Part shown: positions 39,184 through 44,392 of the stretch, piece by piece
How the letters are laid out: every line of letters starts with the position of its first letter
Numbering within the stretch: the first letter of the stretch is position 1
Origin: a virus
Taxonomy: Duplodnaviria > Caudoviricetes
IMG/VR virus record: IMGVR_UViG_3300012031_000023
Location: 1-44,392 of that record
Direction: 5' to 3' (one strand)
Length of the DNA: 44,392 bases
Notes under the pieces: generated by a model
What the model was told of the DNA's origin: nothing
Database searches by the model: none
The model's input: the letters and a program-made list of their open reading frames with translations, nothing else
Program-made: the position numbers and the translations under genes

Positions 39184-40384
39184 ATCCTACAAGGTTGAAA
39201 TTAAACCTAACAATGTCCAGAAAACTTTTCTAATGAAAAGTTGTGGGGTTGCTCGGCTTGCTTATAACTGGGGTCTGGGTTACACCAAAACTTCATATGA
39301 ACAGGGAGAGAAATATAAAGGCTCTATCGGACTCCACAAGGCACTCTGTGCCATCAAAAAAGAACAATACCCATTCATGTATGAGACAAGTAAACTTGCC
39401 CCACAAAACGCACTGCGTGACTTAGATAAAGCAATGCAGAATTTCTGGCGAGGACTTAAAACAGGAAAGCGTGTGGGCTTTCCTAAGTTTAAATCCAAAA
39501 AATGTTCCAAAAATGCGTTCAGGATTGATGGTGCTAACATTAAAGTCACTGATAATTTCATTAAACTACCAAAATTACCACCAATTCGACTTAAAGAAAG
39601 GGCATACATTCCAACAGAAAACGTTAAATACATGAATTGCACAATCTCACGTAAAATAAACCGTTGGTTTATCACTGTTTCAGTTCAAGAAGAAATATTT
39701 CCGAATAATACCCCAGAAGAAATTATGGGAATTGACTTAGGAATCAAAGAACTGGCCGTTTGTTCAAACGGTGAGGTGTACAAGAACCCAAAATATACTA
39801 ATAAATACGCTAAACGACTTAAACGCGCACAACAGTCGTTAAGTAGAAAAGTAAATGGCTCGAAGAATCGAGCCAAACAACGAGATTGTGTTGCTAAAAT
39901 TTATAATAAAATTAGTAATTCACGAAATGATACAATCAATAAAATGACCAGTAATATCACGAAAACCAAGTGTAGAATACTAGGCATTGAAGATTTAAAT
40001 GTATCAGGAATGACTAAAAATTATAAATTGGCAAAAACAATTACTGATGCGAGTTTCGCAGAAATCCGAAGACAGCTAGATTACAAAAGTGAATGGAACG
40101 GGGGTAGGATTGTCCTAGTGGACAGATTCTTCCCTTCCAGTAAAACTTGCAGTAATTGTAGCTCCGTTCAGGATATGCCGTTAAATAAACGGACATATTC
40201 GTGTGGTTGTGGGTTTGAGATGGATAGAGATTTGAATGCGTCGATTAATTTAGAAAAATATACCGCGAGTTCCGTGGAAATTAAAGCTTATGGAGAGAAC
40301 ATAAGTCTGGCTTCGGTTTCATTAGAAGCAAGCAATCTCAATGAAGTAAGAAATAAACTTGAATTTAAACACCTTCGGTGTTAA
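39170..40384 (+). CDS. tnpB: RNA-guided endonuclease TnpB
   Basis: N-terminal HTH, GFPKFKSK, RuvC-I GIDLG, RuvC-II IEDL, zinc finger SSKTCSNC..CGCG and RuvC-III DRDLNA; D-E-D triad intact. Confidence 0.95.
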   Translation: MLISKSYKVEIKPNNVQKTFLMKSCGVARLAYNWGLGYTKTSYEQGEKYKGSIGLHKALCAIKKEQYPFMYETSKLAPQNALRDLDKAMQNFWRGLKTGKRVGFPKFKSKKCSKNAFRIDGANIKVTDNFIKLPKLPPIRLKERAYIPTENVKYMNCTISRKINRWFITVSVQEEIFPNNTPEEIMGIDLGIKELAVCSNGEVYKNPKYTNKYAKRLKRAQQSLSRKVNGSKNRAKQRDCVAKIYNKISNSRNDTINKMTSNITKTKCRILGIEDLNVSGMTKNYKLAKTITDASFAEIRRQLDYKSEWNGGRIVLVDRFFPSSKTCSNCSSVQDMPLNKRTYSCGCGFEMDRDLNASINLEKYTASSVEIKAYGENISLASVSLEASNLNEVRNKLEFKHLRC

Positions 40385-40425
40385 GATTCAGTAAGTTTTA
40401 TAGAACGGATAAATAACATGATATA
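40230..40425 (+). ncRNA. Predicted TnpB omegaRNA (right-end RNA) scaffold plus flank-derived guide
   Basis: Inferred from family biology (scaffold overlaps the tnpB 3' end and right end; guide = sequence beyond 40408). Boundaries approximate. Confidence 0.5.
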
Positions 40426-40445
40426 GTAAAGTGGTGGTTGAGTAA

Positions 40446-43400
40446 ATGCACATACGGTTCAGACAGGGTATTGTAAACTATCAAGAATCACCATACTTTT
40501 TAAATAAAGTTGGTGATAATGTTTTCATACGAGCCAACAATGAAAGCACCGTGGTGGCGTTTGTTTATCTAAACGTTGATTTCATCTATGCAGAGACTTC
40601 AGACATTCTCGCGTGGTCTGGACCATTCACACAAAAAACGTGGCTCTATTGGGATATTGATCTAGATACTGGGATCAGAACTTTTGGTTTAACCACAGTA
40701 GAACCCGACTTTGGTCTTACCCTTCCAAATAATCCATTAATTAATCAACATTTTTTTAACACTGCTCATAAAGTGATGAAAGTGTATGATGGGACTTCTT
40801 GGGTAAATGTTGCTAGGGTTTTTGCAGCGGTAGTCAACACTGATAACTCTATACAACCTTTTAACGTAAACTCCAGTCAAGCAGGTTTAAACTATGGAGC
40901 GGAGGCTGGCTTTTTGTTATACAACAATGATGGAAGCCTACTAAAAGATAATAATGGTATTCCATTAAACACGGAATATACTATGGTTTCCCAAGAGTCG
41001 ATATTCAACCAGACTACCTTGGGCGCAGCTATAGAACACGGCAGAACCAAAAGGCATATTCCCAAGTATAAATGTGTATCATGGGAATCATTTGGAAACT
41101 ATATTGAAACAACTGAACCTAGTAATGAAAAAAGGTGTAACGCTCTTACCCTAGAAACAGCATATGCGGAAGAGAGAACTAAAATACTAACTCAGGGATA
41201 TGTAACTGATTTAATCAGCTTTAATTGGACTGATGTACCCAATACATCATTGTATGTTGGATATGGTGGGGTTTTAACAACAACACCCCCTCGTAGGAAT
41301 TCTATTCAGCGTGTAGGCTACATTGTGGACCGGAGAACAATTTATTTTGATCCGGGTCATATTGTACTGATAGACCCACCAAACCTTGTGGATTTGTCAC
41401 CAACACCAACACCATCGAATACACCTACACCAAGTGTTACACCAAGTGTTACACCAACCCAAACACCAACACCAAGTATAACACCAACCATTTCGATCAC
41501 ACCATCGAATACACCAACACCGACACCAACAAGTACAGTGACACCAACACCTACACCGTCACCTACACCTACACCAAGTGTAACGGCAACACCTACACCA
41601 ACACCTACACCGTCACCAACACCGTCGAACACACCGAGTGTCACACCAACAATGTCACTGTCAGCCACCCCTACACCGACACCAACGCCTAGTAGTAGCC
41701 TGTCAGCCACTCCTACACCTACACCAACGCCTAGTAGTAGTTTGTCGGCCACACCAACCCCGACCCCGACCCCAACGCCCTCTAGCGTGGTTGAGGATGT
41801 GTCAGCGTTCAACTTGACGTTTGACGAGAATGATGATAGTGGAGTGGTAGCCCTACTATCATCCAAGACCACCCCACTAATATCACCAGAAGGGTTCTTG
41901 GGTGACGGAATAGGTAGAGCACTCCGAGTACAAAATTCTGATTTACCTAGCTGGATAGATGTTACTACAATTGGTATACAGGCTGATATTAAAATCGAGG
42001 ATTATAAGTCTGAGGAAGATTATATCTTTGATTTCTCTTCTGGTGGGCTTGTTGTTAGAGGGGACATAAGAAACTCTCGCTTGCCGGTGGCTGGGGTAAA
42101 TATTTCAGAAAACTTTATCCCATTATTCCGAAAAGATTGGGTGTTTCAGGATACAACAGATTATATTAAAGATATTGTGGTTGATGGTATAAACATAACA
42201 ACACTGTCCACAACCGACACAGGGTCAACCATTAGAATGTTTAGTAAAACTGACTTTTCTACCCAATTGGTTTTCTCTACTAATAACAAATTCGAATCAT
42301 TAGAAGCTGACTTAACCAACCCTGACATATTATGGGCCATAACTGATGATAAACATCTCGTCCAAATTGATGGAGACTACGCGTTTACAAATGGAATCTA
42401 CAAAGAGGATTTGAGATATAATCTGGGTGGATTGAATAACCCGGTGGCAATAACGTGGGTACTCGATGGCTCTTCGGTAATACTAGCAGTTGGAGAGTAT
42501 TCTGGAGTCTCACCGTGTAGCCTTTGGTTAATAGATGATGGTCAGATAAACAATGGTGGAACATTCTCACTCGGTGACGAAATGGCCAGATATGAGTTAC
42601 CTATAGCTAGACTGCGAGAACTATCGGCACGAGGTATGAATGTTTATGTTAGTTACAGTGGGTCTTCCTTCTTTGGACAATTTGGAAACTTTGATCTAAC
42701 TGGTATTCTTGGTGTAGAACCCACAGGATTTACTATACCATTGGATAGTACATTGGATAGCCCATCTCCGTTTTCAAGTGGTATTGGTGTTGACCCACTA
42801 GGTGATATATGGATGACCACTACCGGATATGACGCAAATAATACTCCAGAATTTTGGAATGCTTTTTGGAAGTATGATGATGTAACCGGTTATAACACAA
42901 TAACACTTAATGTTGATAGAGTCTTTAACACTATAGAAGTTAAAAACAATTTCGCTCCATTAACTGTTATAAATTCTTCACTCGGTACTATTTCGGATGT
43001 TTCTTTTGGTGCGAGTTGGAATGGTTCTAGCTTTCAACAATACGCATCTGCTGACATAAAAAATGTTGCCTTTAAGAACAGGACTATAGATTTTACCGAA
43101 TATGAAGCAATACAAGCTGGATCATATGAACCAAATACTCTGACTGAATATAACATCGATGTGTTGAATCCTTCAGGAATTGATGGTGTGAATGACTGGA
43201 CAAATAGAATTGGAACATTACAAAGCTCTGGAGAACACTTCTTAGGTGGTTCAAGCAATTCTCAGACCGAGGTATATCAGACTATAAATCTATCAGATTT
43301 TGGTATAACAACATCGGCCAGTGATGGTACGATCTGGATAAATGTTGTATGGGAACAATCTGGGGAATTTGATGGATCATCCAAAGTGGCAATTGGGGTA

Positions 43401-43619
43401 GATCAGTCACCATACGTAACTGACCCCGAAGCATCTTTAGAATACTCTGAGTTCATTGATGTTGAGACTTCCACAACTGTTGGAGGAACTAAATGGAGAC
43501 GAAGGGTGTACACCGTTGAACTTATTGCTGGTTCGACCCAAATGGATTTATACCTCAAATTTTCAGGGGATGATGCATATGTCAGAAACATTATAGTTTC
43601 TGCATATAAGGCAGTATGA
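40446..43619 (+). CDS. Virion fiber / adhesin-like protein with long Pro/Thr/Ser linker (1057 aa)
   Basis: GATAAATA at 40408-40415 and GGTGG RBS upstream; N-terminal phage structural domain, ~130-aa PT linker and beta-rich C-terminal region. Confidence 0.75.
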   Translation: MHIRFRQGIVNYQESPYFLNKVGDNVFIRANNESTVVAFVYLNVDFIYAETSDILAWSGPFTQKTWLYWDIDLDTGIRTFGLTTVEPDFGLTLPNNPLINQHFFNTAHKVMKVYDGTSWVNVARVFAAVVNTDNSIQPFNVNSSQAGLNYGAEAGFLLYNNDGSLLKDNNGIPLNTEYTMVSQESIFNQTTLGAAIEHGRTKRHIPKYKCVSWESFGNYIETTEPSNEKRCNALTLETAYAEERTKILTQGYVTDLISFNWTDVPNTSLYVGYGGVLTTTPPRRNSIQRVGYIVDRRTIYFDPGHIVLIDPPNLVDLSPTPTPSNTPTPSVTPSVTPTQTPTPSITPTISITPSNTPTPTPTSTVTPTPTPSPTPTPSVTATPTPTPTPSPTPSNTPSVTPTMSLSATPTPTPTPSSSLSATPTPTPTPSSSLSATPTPTPTPTPSSVVEDVSAFNLTFDENDDSGVVALLSSKTTPLISPEGFLGDGIGRALRVQNSDLPSWIDVTTIGIQADIKIEDYKSEEDYIFDFSSGGLVVRGDIRNSRLPVAGVNISENFIPLFRKDWVFQDTTDYIKDIVVDGINITTLSTTDTGSTIRMFSKTDFSTQLVFSTNNKFESLEADLTNPDILWAITDDKHLVQIDGDYAFTNGIYKEDLRYNLGGLNNPVAITWVLDGSSVILAVGEYSGVSPCSLWLIDDGQINNGGTFSLGDEMARYELPIARLRELSARGMNVYVSYSGSSFFGQFGNFDLTGILGVEPTGFTIPLDSTLDSPSPFSSGIGVDPLGDIWMTTTGYDANNTPEFWNAFWKYDDVTGYNTITLNVDRVFNTIEVKNNFAPLTVINSSLGTISDVSFGASWNGSSFQQYASADIKNVAFKNRTIDFTEYEAIQAGSYEPNTLTEYNIDVLNPSGIDGVNDWTNRIGTLQSSGEHFLGGSSNSQTEVYQTINLSDFGITTSASDGTIWINVVWEQSGEFDGSSKVAIGVDQSPYVTDPEASLEYSEFIDVETSTTVGGTKWRRRVYTVELIAGSTQMDLYLKFSGDDAYVRNIIVSAYKAV
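41395..41785 (+). repeat. Low-complexity (ACACCN)n repeat encoding a Pro/Thr/Ser linker
   Basis: Directly visible; includes three [12 protein letters not shown](TP)SS units. Confidence 0.9.
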
Positions 43620-43620
43620 T

Positions 43621-43914
43621 ATGAGAAAAATTTTAAAAAGAGTGTACATTACTGATGGTGGAGAAACAGTAACATCGTCAGAAACATTACACAAATCAGT
43701 TGACGATTTTTTATATACCGAGGAAAAAGGTTCAAAAGAGTGGAAAATAAAACATAGATTAGAAACCACTGGGATAGTGTATTCTTTGTTCGACGAACTT
43801 AATAGGGTTATATACCCGGACTCTTTTCAAATACTAAACAGTAATGAGGTTATTATAAAATTTTCGAAAGAACAGCGGGGCAAAGTACTAATCATAGGTA
43901 ACGTGGTGGAGTGA
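43621..43914 (+). CDS. Hypothetical protein (97 aa), possibly fiber-associated
   Basis: Starts 1 nt after the previous stop; W.I.H.L..., D....I.PD...I...N.V.I.F pattern. Confidence 0.7.
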   Translation: MRKILKRVYITDGGETVTSSETLHKSVDDFLYTEEKGSKEWKIKHRLETTGIVYSLFDELNRVIYPDSFQILNSNEVIIKFSKEQRGKVLIIGNVVE

Positions 43915-43951
43915 ACCGGATAAATAGAATGACACTCGAAGACTAAACACA

Positions 43952-44392
43952 ATGGTACAAGAAAACAATACACTGAATAATTATTACAGTCAAGATCAGA
44001 TAAAAAAGTATTTGCTTCAATTTATGGCAATTTTTTCTGGTCTACAAGTTAGTATTGGTAAAAACGATTTTAACTCGGAAAGTGACTTGATACGAGTTCC
44101 GATAATTCATGGCTCAAAGGATAGGGTTGTAGCGCACATCATGGCTCGCAATTCACCAAACGTACCAGTGAAGCTACCAGTGATAAGTGTTCGCTTCACT
44201 GATATGGAAATAGCGTTGGATCGTTTATCTGGACAAAGAACGGTTACATCTGACGTAACTTTCCCCAGTGGTGGTGTATTTCCCGATGACCTTCGCACTG
44301 TAGAGAAGTTAAAACCAATCCCTTGGAGATTTAAGGGAGAGGTAAATGTACTAACTTCTAACATATATCACCAATATGAAATCATAGAACAG
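43952..44392 (+). CDS. gp15: Tail sheath stabilizer / completion protein (T4 gp15-like), truncated by the window end
   Basis: Manual translation MVQENNTLNNYYSQDQIKKYLLQFMAIFSGLQV...RVPIIHGSKDRVVAHI...LPVISV...KPIPW...; GATAAATA at 43919-43926 upstream. Confidence 0.8.
   Translation, partial: MVQENNTLNNYYSQDQIKKYLLQFMAIFSGLQVSIGKNDFNSESDLIRVPIIHGSKDRVVAHIMARNSPNVPVKLPVISVRFTDMEIALDRLSGQRTVTSDVTFPSGGVFPDDLRTVEKLKPIPWRFKGEVNVLTSNIYHQYEIIEQ

Larger units (their letters stand above)
38510..40408 (+). mobile_element. IS607-family insertion sequence (TnpA serine recombinase + TnpB)
   Basis: tnpA-tnpB pair; bounded by GG at 38508-38509 and 40407-40408; terminal GTTCTA/TAGAAC inverted hexamer; TAATAAAA direct repeats in the left end; no target-site duplication. 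Confidence 0.88.

Noticed and set aside
41357-41872. Gly-Val repeat ORFs on the minus strand (also 35611..35877, 36308..36865, 36890..37144)
   Set aside because: Antisense shadows of the Pro/Thr linkers.
1-44392. Stop-codon reassignment, inteins, tRNA genes
   Set aside because: Long genes are intact under the standard code and end in TAA, TGA or TAG; no intein splice motifs or tRNA cloverleafs were recognised by eye.

Overview
A 44.4-kb, AT-rich, densely coding (standard genetic code) segment of a large T4-related myophage (jumbo-phage-like). Left, minus strand: head module (gp21-like prohead protease, several acidic core/internal head proteins, gp20 portal) and a tape-measure-like protein. 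Then, plus strand: gp55-like late sigma factor and gp47/gp46 (Mre11/Rad50-like). Next, minus strand: small ORFs, a DinG/XPD-type Fe-S helicase, a ~680-bp non-coding stretch packed with hairpins, an unknown 429-aa protein, a RuvC-like resolvase and a gp26/gp51-like chaperone pair. The right 26 kb, plus strand, is the baseplate/tail cluster: tube-like protein, gp53, gp27-like hub, gp5/VgrG-like spike, gp25, gp6, a 3084-aa baseplate protein, two Pro/Thr-linker adhesin-like proteins and the start of gp15. A complete IS607-family element (serine recombinase TnpA + TnpB) interrupts this cluster. T4-type late promoters (TATAAATA and NATAAATA variants) precede most operons. Best novelty candidates: (1) a promoter-driven, highly structured non-coding RNA (or R-loop origin) at ~13870-14445 with a consistent minus-strand G-U pairing signature; (2) a -1 frameshift at a T9 run that fuses the gp26-like and gp51-like ORFs; (3) the IS607-TnpB insertion sitting exactly at a late promoter; (4) a domain that appears split across the 3084-aa and 817-aa genes. 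All functional calls rest on motif recognition by eye; no database search was run.
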